NCBI GenBank assembly: GCA_046290225.1
Contig: JBKAGE010000075.1
Coordinates: forward strand, 160,001 to 224,000
From: Bradymonadia bacterium
GTDB taxonomy: Bacteria; Myxococcota_A; Bradymonadia; UBA7976; UBA1532
Length of the DNA: 64,000 nucleotides
Direction of reading: 5' to 3'
This document shows positions 38,226 to 47,349 of this stretch, piece by piece. Within the stretch, counting starts at the first letter, position 1, and each line of letters opens with the position of its first letter. The position numbers were made by a program, and so were the translations under genes. Below the pieces are notes generated by a model. That model had not been told where the DNA came from and searched no databases. It was given only the letters and a program-made list of their open reading frames with translations.

Positions 38226-39050
38226 TCAGGGCATCCACTTGTCCGGTGGCAGTTTGCCCTGTTGCAACAGGCTGGCCACGTCCATGGCGATGGCCACGAG
38301 CCAGTGCAGCAGCGCCCCGCCCCAGATCGACCGATAGCGCATGGCCATCGTGCCCAGGATGATGCCTGCCACCAGCGAGCCGAGACTCTCAGTCCAGGTC
38401 TTTTGAAAGTGCACCATGCAGTAGGGGAGCAGCATCACGAAGATGGCGCTGTGGCCCATGGCGCGCCGAAGCCCTTCGAGCATGAAGGCTCGAAAGAAGA
38501 ACTCCAGACACAGGAACTGCACCCCGTAGGCGAGCTCCCAGACCAGCAGATCCATCCACGAGCGGTTCGCGTGCGGATAGAACGGATAGATCTTCTGGTA
38601 CTCCTCCGTGAAGGAGACGATCACCACGGGGATCAGGACCAGGGTGAGCAGCACCAGATACACGCCGATGTGATCGCCGGTGCCCTTCCAGCCAAAGTAG
38701 TAATCCCGCAGGCGCTGTCGCGTCGCCTTGAGGAACATTGCGGGGATCAGCAGGTAGCCGATGACGCAGAACGCGATCCACTGCAGCAGGGCGAAGAGAT
38801 CGAAGTACTGGCTGCCCGAGCGCCTCAAATCGAGGCCGAACCACCCCATGAAGTAGGTGTAGCTACCAAAGAAGTGCATCACCACCAGACCCACGGCGGC
38901 GACGAGGATGACATTGCGCTCGAAGGTGCCGAAGGGTCGATCCCGGCTCTCGTCGATGATGCGCCAGCTCTCGGGAAACCACAAAAGCAGCTTGCGGAGG
39001 CCTGAGGGCAGCAGCGCCATCCAGCGCCCCTCGGCTCGGGGGGTGTTCAT
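38226..39050 (-). CDS. CPBP (Abi/CAAX-like) intramembrane glutamic protease
   Basis: Multi-TM; LEFFFRAF, YCMVHFQK, SIWGGALLH. Confidence 0.85.
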   Translation of the reverse strand: MNTPRAEGRWMALLPSGLRKLLLWFPESWRIIDESRDRPFGTFERNVILVAAVGLVVMHFFGSYTYFMGWFGLDLRRSGSQYFDLFALLQWIAFCVIGYLLIPAMFLKATRQRLRDYYFGWKGTGDHIGVYLVLLTLVLIPVVIVSFTEEYQKIYPFYPHANRSWMDLLVWELAYGVQFLCLEFFFRAFMLEGLRRAMGHSAIFVMLLPYCMVHFQKTWTESLGSLVAGIILGTMAMRYRSIWGGALLHWLVAIAMDVASLLQQGKLPPDKWMP

Positions 39051-39120
39051 GGGCTCTCTTCTCGCTCAAGGAAGGTGCAGGCGTTCATACACGATCTCGC
39101 CATGGCACTGAAGATGCCCC

Positions 39121-41049
39121 TCAGTAGAGCGCCACAGACAGCCAGAGGTCAGGCCATGGGCGGCCGCGATCATGGTTCGCCACGAGGGCGGCGGACCAGC
39201 AGTCGCAACGGCCCTGGTGGGCCAGCCTGCCTTGATGACCGAGGAAGGTCATCCCCGAGCCGTCATCGAGGGCGGTGAGGCCGGCGTCGTAGCTCAGCTG
39301 CCAGCGGCCGAAGGACAGAGAGGCCCCGGGGCTCAGCGTCCCAGGGATGCGGGCGTCGGTGAGGGTGCGCACCGGGACCCCGAGGCCCGAGGCGTAAAGG
39401 CCACCATTGGCCACGGACAATGTCCGCAGCCACGGGTGCACAGCTTCCGCGGTCTCGGTGAAGCGGATCCACGTGGCCCGCAGGTGATGGCCAGTGGCGG
39501 GCCCCAGGCGGCCCTGGGCATAGACCGCGTCGGGGCCGCTGCCCTGAGCCTGGATCTGTAGCCATGGGCCGCTGACGTCGGTGAAGAGGAGCAGGGGCTC
39601 GAAGTCAGCCACGGGATCTGCCTGCTCATAGGCCTGGATGGCGGCCAGCTGCCAACGCCATGTGCCAGCGCGCAAGGTCTGGCCGAGTTGGGCGCCCCCG
39701 CGGCGGGACTTGAGGGCGCCGAGGGCAGGCTCGGCCGACAGCGTGCGCAGCTCGGCATCACCGCCCACGAGCTCGTCGGAGAGCCGGCCGAAGGCGGTCA
39801 GGGCGAAGGTGTGGCTGCCCCACGGGAAACGCCGCCGCAGCTTCGCCGTGGTCTCGAGGGCCACGTGCCCTGTGGTACGGGAGGCGGTGTTGCCCTCTGC
39901 GGTGCCTGCGTGGGCGCTCAGCGCTCCGAAGGTGGGCCGAAACGCCAGAGGCCCCCACCAGAAGGGCAGCTCGCCGCTGATCTGAAGGTCTGCCCGGTCG
40001 ATGCGGTCTGTGTCTGCCCCTCCAGGCCGGCTCAGGCGGGCGAAGCGACCATCGAGGTTGAGGCGGACGGGCCCTGTCAACTGCATCCAGCGGGCCCAGA
40101 GCGCAGGACGCACCTGATATGTAGCGGGCTGATCGGTCAGCCGCCCTCCAGGCTGCCTCAAGTCAGTCAGATGGCTGCTTTGCACACCGATGAGGAGATC
40201 ACCCTCACCGAGCACGGCGCCGATGGTGCCATACAGGTGATCACGCTGCCGGGCGCGCCAGTCAGGGTGGCTCATGGCATACAGCGCACGGCTCGACGAG
40301 AGCACGCCTTCAGTGGTGAGGGAGAAGGGGGCCCATCGGGCGACGCCGTCGCCCTCCACCTGGACATGACCATCAGAAAGGGCCAGCAGGTCGAGCTGCC
40401 CTGAATCTTCGAACGTGCTCGCCCACCGCAGGCGAGTGCCGAGGCTGGGACCCAAGTCTCCACGCCAGCCGGGGCTCAAGGTGACGTCGGCGCCTTCACC
40501 CAAGGTGAAGAAGATCGGCATCGAGCCATAGGCGCCCTCCTCGGCGTCGTAACCCAAGCGCGGCAGCAGAAAACCGCTTTGGCGATCGCTGAAGGGCAAA
40601 TACCAACGTGGCGCCGTCGCCACGGGCACCGGCCCTGCCCAGAGCACGGGCCAGCTCAGCCACGCGCCTTGGGCGAGATCGACGTCGGCGGTACTGGCGG
40701 TGAGTCGCCAGGGCGGGTGAGCGCAGGCGCAGCGCGTGGCCGTGACGCCCGTCGCTCGAACCTGGGCCCCCTCCAGAGTGAGGGTCTCGGTGTGGAGCGT
40801 GCCTTGGGGGCTGCGCCACGAGAGCGCTGTGCCCTGAGCCTTGCCGTCGGGGAGGCACAGCTCCAGCCGGTTGCCCTGAAGCGTGCCTCCAGATCCACGC
40901 ATCGTGGGTCGCTGGAGCACCACGTCGCCTTGAGGGCAGCGCGCGCTCAGCTCGATCTCCACCTGATCTGCGGAGATGTCGTAGACCGCATCCTGGCCAG
41001 GCAGGGCGTCAGTATGAGGTGCCCAGAGGGCGATGAGCAGGAGGAGCAC
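39121..41049 (-). CDS. Divergent LptD-like outer-membrane protein
   Basis: ISADQV, TRCACAHPPWRLTA, RQSGFLLPRLGY..G...PIFFTL...DVTLSP; C-terminal CDCW strand. Confidence 0.7.
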   Translation of the reverse strand: MLLLLIALWAPHTDALPGQDAVYDISADQVEIELSARCPQGDVVLQRPTMRGSGGTLQGNRLELCLPDGKAQGTALSWRSPQGTLHTETLTLEGAQVRATGVTATRCACAHPPWRLTASTADVDLAQGAWLSWPVLWAGPVPVATAPRWYLPFSDRQSGFLLPRLGYDAEEGAYGSMPIFFTLGEGADVTLSPGWRGDLGPSLGTRLRWASTFEDSGQLDLLALSDGHVQVEGDGVARWAPFSLTTEGVLSSSRALYAMSHPDWRARQRDHLYGTIGAVLGEGDLLIGVQSSHLTDLRQPGGRLTDQPATYQVRPALWARWMQLTGPVRLNLDGRFARLSRPGGADTDRIDRADLQISGELPFWWGPLAFRPTFGALSAHAGTAEGNTASRTTGHVALETTAKLRRRFPWGSHTFALTAFGRLSDELVGGDAELRTLSAEPALGALKSRRGGAQLGQTLRAGTWRWQLAAIQAYEQADPVADFEPLLLFTDVSGPWLQIQAQGSGPDAVYAQGRLGPATGHHLRATWIRFTETAEAVHPWLRTLSVANGGLYASGLGVPVRTLTDARIPGTLSPGASLSFGRWQLSYDAGLTALDDGSGMTFLGHQGRLAHQGRCDCWSAALVANHDRGRPWPDLWLSVALY

Positions 41050-41064
41050 TGGGGCCCGATGGGT

Positions 41065-41622
41065 TCAAGGTGTGGCAGGTTGAGGGGTGCGCAGGGTGGT
41101 GGATTCGCCGCCGAGGAGCGCCGGGGGGCGGAAGTCGAGGAACAGGTAGTTGCCCTGCTGACGCATGTCATAGGGTCCGGGAGTACGCAGCTTGATGGTC
41201 ACCCGCGTGGTGCGTCGGCTGACTTGTCGGGCCTTCACTGAGAGCACCGAAGTGGGAAAGGCCGAGGTGTCCAGGGAGCGACCGTCGTTTCGGCTCTGTA
41301 GGCGGCTGTTCTCCAGGTCGACGATGACCTCGTCCCGAGCCCCAGGCGCCAGGGTGTACTGGCTGGGCTGGTTGGTCTGGATGAAAACCCGGCCCTGATC
41401 GCCCTCCATGCGAAAACCCACCCAGGTCACCAGCGTGGTGCGTCGGGTGGTGCGGTTGGTCTTGCCGTAGACCGTATCCGTCACGCCAGGGTTGATGCCG
41501 CGGTAGGGCTTGCGCACCTTCTTCTGAGCGATGGCGTCAGCGCTGAAGAGGCACACCAGAGCGAGGGCCAGGAGGCCACCTCGGGTGAACATGGGCTGCG
41601 ACCTTCCGAAATGCGCGCTCAT
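41065..41622 (-). CDS. AMIN-domain periplasmic protein
   Basis: Signal peptide; VIVDLENSRL...LDTSAFPTSVLSV...TRVTIKLR AMIN-like pattern. Confidence 0.7.
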   Translation of the reverse strand: MSAHFGRSQPMFTRGGLLALALVCLFSADAIAQKKVRKPYRGINPGVTDTVYGKTNRTTRRTTLVTWVGFRMEGDQGRVFIQTNQPSQYTLAPGARDEVIVDLENSRLQSRNDGRSLDTSAFPTSVLSVKARQVSRRTTRVTIKLRTPGPYDMRQQGNYLFLDFRPPALLGGESTTLRTPQPATP

Positions 41623-41749
41623 CTGTTACCAGCCCTTTCTTCGGGTGTCGGACCGGCGGCGAGGCGCCGATCACCTGCTCACTCCACCGCATGGTGGATT
41701 CTCGCCGAATATCACAGACCTGCGTAACCTGTCGAGGGAGAGGACGCCG

Positions 41750-43216
41750 ATGGATCTACTGCTTGAAGACTCGATCTGGAGCGTGCGCCCGCTCACCGCT
41801 GAGGCCGCCGCCGTAGAGGTGGGTGCCATCGAGGATCACCCCCTCGATCCCATGACTCCCCATGTAGAGACCTTGACGCGCTGGCTGATGCGGGCCGGGG
41901 CAGAGCCTCGGCTGGTGCTGGTGTTGTGCTCCGGCGCCGAGGCCAAGGGGCGGTTCGCCACCGCCGTGGGCAACCGCGAGATCGACGTGGTGAAGGCCCC
42001 AGCCACACCCGCCGATGCGATCCACCCCCGGGTGCGCATGCACGAGGGTGATCACTTCAATCGCACGCTGTTTTTGATGGACGGCTTCGAGGCCGGTGAT
42101 CCCACGTCGCTCTTCGAGAAGCTCGATCGGCAGACCTCGATGCTCGCCCGACAGGCCACGTGGGTGGCGGTGGTCATCGAGAGCGTGCAGGCGCTGCAGT
42201 GCATGGCGCAGACGGCGCCCAACCTGATGAAGGCCTTCCACCGGCATTGTCTGGTGCTCGACGAGACCATCGACAACCGGGACGCCCCGGGCATGGCCCT
42301 CTCTGCAGATGCGCAGCTGGTCGCCAGCTGGCGCGCAGAGCAGGCCGTGGCGTGTCTGCTCTACCTGCACGCCATGACGCCCGACGCCGCACCGGATTAC
42401 GACGACTGGTCTCGCCTTGTGCGCAGCGGGTATGCCGTGCACCTCACCGGCCATCAGGCACACCCTGATCGGCGTCGCCTCGTGCAGCTTTGGGATACAG
42501 GGCCTGCCCTCGCCGTGGACGCCGAGGTGCCCTTCGACGTGTCCCTCGCCGGCCCAGGGCTCGCCGAGGCCGTGGCCCGTCATGTGGTTCGGCCGTCGGG
42601 CCGTAAGTCCCTCGGAGAGCGTTGCGTGCAGGCCCTGGTGGAGCACCCCACGGCGCGCTACGCCGGAGATCTCACCGTGGAGGACGTTGAGGGGCTGCAG
42701 CTGATGGCGCGGGTGCGGGCCGCTGCTCAAGGTGGAGCGGCGGTCACCGACGCAGATCGCAAATCGCTCGCCGATTTGGGCCAGGCACAGGCCATCGGTG
42801 CCAACCTCGCGGTGCACGTCTATCTGACCCTCGCCAATGAGGCCGCCACCCGGGGGGATCTCGAGGCCTGTGACATGGCTCTCGCTCAGGCTGACCGGCT
42901 CTCGGAGCTGCGACAAGGTGTGGCCCCGGAGCTGGCCTTCGAGGTGGCGGACAAGATGGCCCGCATGCACATGTGGCAACACCGTACCCGAGAGGGTCGC
43001 GGCACCCTCGAGAAGGCTCTGGGCCTCGTACATCTCGCCCACAGCCCGTTCTATCGAGGTCGGGGGCTGCTGTTGCAGGGGGACCTGACCCGCGACCTTG
43101 ACCCCACGAAGGCCCGCCAGTACTACACAGAGGCAGAGCGCATCTTCTCTGCGAGCGGCTATCCCCGAGAGGTGATGATGGCCCGTGAAGGCCTCGAGGC
43201 CCTGAACGACGCCTGA
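41750..43216 (+). CDS. Hypothetical protein: degenerate NTPase-like N-terminus plus TPR-like C-terminus
   Basis: GAGAGG RBS; LFLMDGFE, LDRQ...APNL; helical repeats (ARQYYTEAERIF). Confidence 0.65.
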   Translation: MDLLLEDSIWSVRPLTAEAAAVEVGAIEDHPLDPMTPHVETLTRWLMRAGAEPRLVLVLCSGAEAKGRFATAVGNREIDVVKAPATPADAIHPRVRMHEGDHFNRTLFLMDGFEAGDPTSLFEKLDRQTSMLARQATWVAVVIESVQALQCMAQTAPNLMKAFHRHCLVLDETIDNRDAPGMALSADAQLVASWRAEQAVACLLYLHAMTPDAAPDYDDWSRLVRSGYAVHLTGHQAHPDRRRLVQLWDTGPALAVDAEVPFDVSLAGPGLAEAVARHVVRPSGRKSLGERCVQALVEHPTARYAGDLTVEDVEGLQLMARVRAAAQGGAAVTDADRKSLADLGQAQAIGANLAVHVYLTLANEAATRGDLEACDMALAQADRLSELRQGVAPELAFEVADKMARMHMWQHRTREGRGTLEKALGLVHLAHSPFYRGRGLLLQGDLTRDLDPTKARQYYTEAERIFSASGYPREVMMAREGLEALNDA

Positions 43217-43242
43217 GGCCGCTCAGACTTTTCTGGAGTGCC

Positions 43243-44238
43243 ATGATCCTCGCCTCCACCTCGAACGACAGCCCTAACCGAGCTCGATCCCACAGAATCG
43301 GTACAGCCCTGATGCTGATGTGCATGTGTGCGCCTTTCGGGTGCGGTAAAGCACCTGAGGGCAGCACGACACAGGCAGAGCAGAGCGCCAAAGCACCTGA
43401 TGCAGCCCCTCGAAAAGCACAGGTTTTCTTGAAGAGCGTGCGGGTGGTGGACGGCACGCCCGCAGATCGGCGTCCGGTGAGTCTGCCCCTGCCACCCCTC
43501 GAAGGTGGCCTCAAGGGCGCCTTCGAGGCCGCTGGCTTCGACCCAGGGGAGCACACCGCCGTTTCGGGACCGATTTGGAAGGTTCGGGCAGGGGCCCAAG
43601 TGGTCTATGGATTTACATCCGGCGAGGGGCTGCTCACAGAAGCCGCCCCTGACAGCACCGCCAAGGTGGTGTGGACGCTGGAGGTGAAGTTCGAGGAGAC
43701 CGAGACCTACGACAACCAGTTTGTGGTGATTGAGCACACTGCAGAGGGGCCGGCAGGTCCTGATCCCAAGGCCACCCTCGAGGCCCTCTCCAAAAAGGCC
43801 CTCGGTGAGGTGAGTGCCACCCTCGGCGGGTACAAGGCGGTGCTCACGCTGCCACGCGCCGAGGTGGAGGGCCGCCTCGATGACCCGTCGCCTTCCATTC
43901 GGATGGCAGCCGTGGATCGCCTCGCCGCCCTCGGTGAGAAAGATGCTGTGCCCGCTTTGGTGAAGCGGGTGAAGGTGGAGACCGACAAGACCATCAAGCT
44001 GCGCATCGTCGGCGCCTTCGAAGAGCTGCGGGACCCACGGGCCGAAGATGTCCTCATCGACCTCGCTGATCCCCGCGATCGAGAGATGCTGCACGTGGCG
44101 GTGCTGGCCCTCGCGGTGCTCAAGACACCTCGGGCCAACGACTTCCTCGAGATCCTCGCCAGCCATGATGCACCGGATGTTCGGGCCCTCGTCGCCGAGG
44201 CCCGTCGGCAGCTGGGTGAAGGCAACACAGCCCCATGA
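43243..44238 (+). CDS. Probable lipoprotein with HEAT repeats
   Basis: Hydrophobic stretch then FGC; DPSPSIRMAAVDRLAALG, DAPDVRALVAEA repeats. Confidence 0.7.
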   Translation: MILASTSNDSPNRARSHRIGTALMLMCMCAPFGCGKAPEGSTTQAEQSAKAPDAAPRKAQVFLKSVRVVDGTPADRRPVSLPLPPLEGGLKGAFEAAGFDPGEHTAVSGPIWKVRAGAQVVYGFTSGEGLLTEAAPDSTAKVVWTLEVKFEETETYDNQFVVIEHTAEGPAGPDPKATLEALSKKALGEVSATLGGYKAVLTLPRAEVEGRLDDPSPSIRMAAVDRLAALGEKDAVPALVKRVKVETDKTIKLRIVGAFEELRDPRAEDVLIDLADPRDREMLHVAVLALAVLKTPRANDFLEILASHDAPDVRALVAEARRQLGEGNTAP

Positions 44239-45029
44239 AGACGTTGTCGTTTGGTCGTGAGGGTGAGGTCGAGTTGATCCGTGACGACGCCATCGCCACG
44301 CTCCGCGTAAACCGCCCGCACCGCCGAAACGCCCTGGCGCGGACCACGATGACTGCCCTCGGCGAGGCGGTGAGCTGCCTCGAGGGCGTGCCCCGGGGCG
44401 AAGTGAAGGCCGTGGTCCTCTGTGGCGCAGGTGATCGCTTCATCGCCGGTGGTGATCTCTACGATCTCGCTGCCCTCACCACGGCAGAGTCCGGGGCTCA
44501 GATGGCGGAGACGATGCAGCACACGCTCCGTCGCCTCGAAGGCCTGCCCATGCCGATCATTGCCGCCATCGATGGCCACGCCCTCGGCGGAGGGGCCGAG
44601 GTGGCCCTGGCATGTGACCTCCGCCTCATGGCCCCGGGGGCCATCATCGGGTTTCGGCAGATCAGGCTGGCGGTGACCACAGCCTGGGGCGCTGCCCGGC
44701 GTTTGCGCGCGCTCGTGGGCCCTGGCGTGGCCCGCAGGCTCTTGTGGACGGGGGAAGACCTCACCGCCAGCGAGGCGTTGTCCCTGGGGCTCGTGGAGAT
44801 GGTGGCCCCCGAAGGGCAGGGGGCTCGCGTGGCGGCGGAGGCATGTGCCCATATGCTCGCCGAGCGAGACTTTGAAGCCCTCGCGGGTCTCAAGGCCATC
44901 CTGCAAGCGGCGGAGCCCGATGCCTCGCCCGTAGAGGCGGTCGAGCGGGAAATTTTTGGTGAATGCTGGGGCGCAGAGCCCCACCTGAACATCGTGGAGG
45001 CATGGCTTGAGCGCTCGTCAAAGGCTTGA
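44235..45029 (+). CDS. Enoyl-CoA hydratase/isomerase family protein
   Basis: NRPHRRNAL, FIAGGDL, AAIDGHALGGGAEVALACDLR. Confidence 0.92.
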   Translation: MKTLSFGREGEVELIRDDAIATLRVNRPHRRNALARTTMTALGEAVSCLEGVPRGEVKAVVLCGAGDRFIAGGDLYDLAALTTAESGAQMAETMQHTLRRLEGLPMPIIAAIDGHALGGGAEVALACDLRLMAPGAIIGFRQIRLAVTTAWGAARRLRALVGPGVARRLLWTGEDLTASEALSLGLVEMVAPEGQGARVAAEACAHMLAERDFEALAGLKAILQAAEPDASPVEAVEREIFGECWGAEPHLNIVEAWLERSSKA

Positions 45030-45456
45030 ACTCGTCCTGGCGCTGACTCTCGTCTCGTCGACATTCGCCGTGGCCCAGCCACGGATCGTGGTGCTCCCCG
45101 AAGAGGGAAGTGGGGCAAAGGCTGGGGTGGGCAACCTCACCCTCAAGCGCGGTGTGCTCGACAAAGCGATCGCCCAGGGGCCCCAGCGACTCATCGCCTC
45201 CATCGACGTCCAACCCCATATGGTGGGCGGCCAGTTCGTCGGCCATCAGGTGGTGGCCTTTCGCCGTGACGGGCTGCTGGCCGGCTGTCGCCAGATCAAA
45301 GCCGGAGACGTGCTCATCGCCGTGAACGGTGAGTCCCTCGCGCGGCCGAGCCAGTTCATGCACGCATGGGGTACGCTCGCCGAGGCCGAGGCGATCAAAG
45401 TCGAGCTGATGCGGGGTGATCAGCCCATGGTCCTCACCTGGAAGATCGTGCCCTGA
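45007..45456 (+). CDS. Secreted stand-alone PDZ protein (GspC C-terminus-like)
   Basis: Signal peptide; IKAGDVLIAVNGESL, KVELMRG. Confidence 0.7.
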   Translation: MSARQRLELVLALTLVSSTFAVAQPRIVVLPEEGSGAKAGVGNLTLKRGVLDKAIAQGPQRLIASIDVQPHMVGGQFVGHQVVAFRRDGLLAGCRQIKAGDVLIAVNGESLARPSQFMHAWGTLAEAEAIKVELMRGDQPMVLTWKIVP

Positions 45457-45457
45457 G

Positions 45458-46126
45458 GTGACGACGGCACTCCACGATCACCGGCCCTCTCCTGCCCCCC
45501 TCCTCGGGGCCGCCATCGCCGCCCAGGTGGCCATCATGGTGGCCCCGATGTCCATGGCGGGGCTGGAGCCTACACCGGGCTGGGCGGTGTTGCTGGTGGC
45601 CCCCCTGGCCCTGCTGGCATTGGGCGTCTGGCGCAGGTCGATCGCGGCGCTGCTCCTCGGTGTGCCTCTCGGGTGGTCTCTGAGTGCGTTTCACTTGCCC
45701 CAGGGGGCCTGGACCCTCTCTGGCAGCGCCGTGGCGCTCGCCGGCGCCATGGCCTACCTCGTCGCGGCGTTGTTGTGGTGCCGGCGCGGTGGGGCAGGGG
45801 CCGAAGAGCTGGCGTTGACCTGGCAGAACGCCGACGATGCCAGCTCCCTCGGCAGCGCTCGCCCCTGGCTCGGTGGCTGGTTGGTGGCCGGTCCGGTGTT
45901 GGGGGCAGCCCTCTGGCCCGGTTGCCTTGAAGGGGCTTACCAGGGGTTTCCTCAGGCACCAGGCATCGCCCAGGTGGGCCTGGTACTTCTGGGGTTGTTG
46001 GTGGGGCTGGCCATCGGCTCCGATCTGCTCCGACCCCGGCCGGCCCCCACAGGCCGTCGGCGCCGAGCGGTGATGCTGGCCATGGTGGGCGGGCTGTGTC
46101 TCACAGGGTATGGGATCTGGGTATGA
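45458..46126 (+). CDS. Hypothetical multi-pass membrane protein
   Basis: About 7 hydrophobic helices; GTG start just after the upstream stop. Confidence 0.6.
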   Translation: MTTALHDHRPSPAPLLGAAIAAQVAIMVAPMSMAGLEPTPGWAVLLVAPLALLALGVWRRSIAALLLGVPLGWSLSAFHLPQGAWTLSGSAVALAGAMAYLVAALLWCRRGGAGAEELALTWQNADDASSLGSARPWLGGWLVAGPVLGAALWPGCLEGAYQGFPQAPGIAQVGLVLLGLLVGLAIGSDLLRPRPAPTGRRRRAVMLAMVGGLCLTGYGIWV

Positions 46127-46136
46127 GAGGTGAGCA

Positions 46137-46343
46137 GTGGCGAGCGTGAGGCGCCCGGCGGGGTTTTTGGGCATCGGCTGTGTTGTGGCCGTGGTGCCGC
46201 TCATCATCCTGGGCATCGAGCACTTGTCCGTCCGTGATTATGTGGGCGGTGGGCTGTTGATCTTTGCTGCTGCCGCCGTCGGGCACCTCGGGCTCGAGCT
46301 GATGGCCCTCTCTGAGAAGGGCGGAGGCGAGGAGGTCCAATGA
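46137..46343 (+). CDS. Small two-TM membrane protein
   Basis: GAGG RBS, two hydrophobic helices, ATGA overlap with next gene. Confidence 0.6.
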   Translation: MASVRRPAGFLGIGCVVAVVPLIILGIEHLSVRDYVGGGLLIFAAAAVGHLGLELMALSEKGGGEEVQ

Positions 46344-47236
46344 AGGCATGGCTTGGGGGTGTGTTGGGCTGTGTGGCTGCCTTCGGATGCCTGAGCGCTG
46401 TGTGGGTCGGCTCGGCCTCGGCGCAGAGCGAGGTGGTGGCGACGGGCACCCACAAGGGCGTGGAGTTTTCCATCACGGCCTCGGCCGTGGCCCAGTGGTT
46501 GTCCGAGCGTCCAGAGGACACCCCTCGTCAGGCCGTAGATCATCTCGTGGCCGTCGAGCTCCTGTCCATCGAAGCTGCTGCGGCAGGCTTCGCAGATCAT
46601 CCCGATGTCAGAGGGGCCGTGAGCCCAGTGCTGATCCATCGTTATCTACGGGACCAGTTCGAGGCGGACGTGCGCCCCGGCAACTTGCCCGAGCACTATC
46701 TCAGACGGGCATATGCCGCCCGGCGAGGGTACTTCAACCATCCCGAGCTGCGCTTCGTGGCCCACTGGGTGATCACCACTGAAGACGGCAAGTCGCCCAC
46801 TGATCCCGCACAGGCCGAAGGGATGCGGGCGCTGTGTGCCCAGGTGCAGGCCGAAACACTCTCCGCCTCACCCGAGAGCCGCAAGGCGTTCCTCGATCAC
46901 GTCGCCCAGTACGCGGAGCCGGCACGGGCCATGGGCCTGATGGCCAAGGGGGAGGGCCTGCCGCCCTTCAGCAACCCCGGCGGATATGATCCCGTGTTCA
47001 CCGAGGCCGCCTTCGCGATGTACACCCCCAATGAGATCAGCCCTCCAGTGCAGACCCGGTTCGGGTGTCATGTGATCTGGCTCGAAAAGGCCAAGGCTGC
47101 CCGCAGCGATGGCTACGAGACAGCCAAGGCAGAGTTGGAGGAGAAGCTGCTCGACATCGTGCGCACCGAAGAGCTCAAGGGTCGCTTCGCCACGCTCTCC
47201 GAGGTCCACGAGGTGCAAGTGCTGGCCCAGCCCTGA
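46340..47236 (+). CDS. PpiC/parvulin-type peptidyl-prolyl isomerase
   Basis: Signal peptide; FTEAAFAM...EISPPVQTRFGCHVI. Confidence 0.82.
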   Translation: MKAWLGGVLGCVAAFGCLSAVWVGSASAQSEVVATGTHKGVEFSITASAVAQWLSERPEDTPRQAVDHLVAVELLSIEAAAAGFADHPDVRGAVSPVLIHRYLRDQFEADVRPGNLPEHYLRRAYAARRGYFNHPELRFVAHWVITTEDGKSPTDPAQAEGMRALCAQVQAETLSASPESRKAFLDHVAQYAEPARAMGLMAKGEGLPPFSNPGGYDPVFTEAAFAMYTPNEISPPVQTRFGCHVIWLEKAKAARSDGYETAKAELEEKLLDIVRTEELKGRFATLSEVHEVQVLAQP

Positions 47237-47349
47237 CAGGGGCTTTGGCGCCTCTCGACACTGCTCGACTTTCCGCACCTCGGCTGCCGCTGCTACACTG
47301 CGGGCCCGAGATCGTGAGGTCGGTGACGACCTTGCCCAGGAGGTGCATC

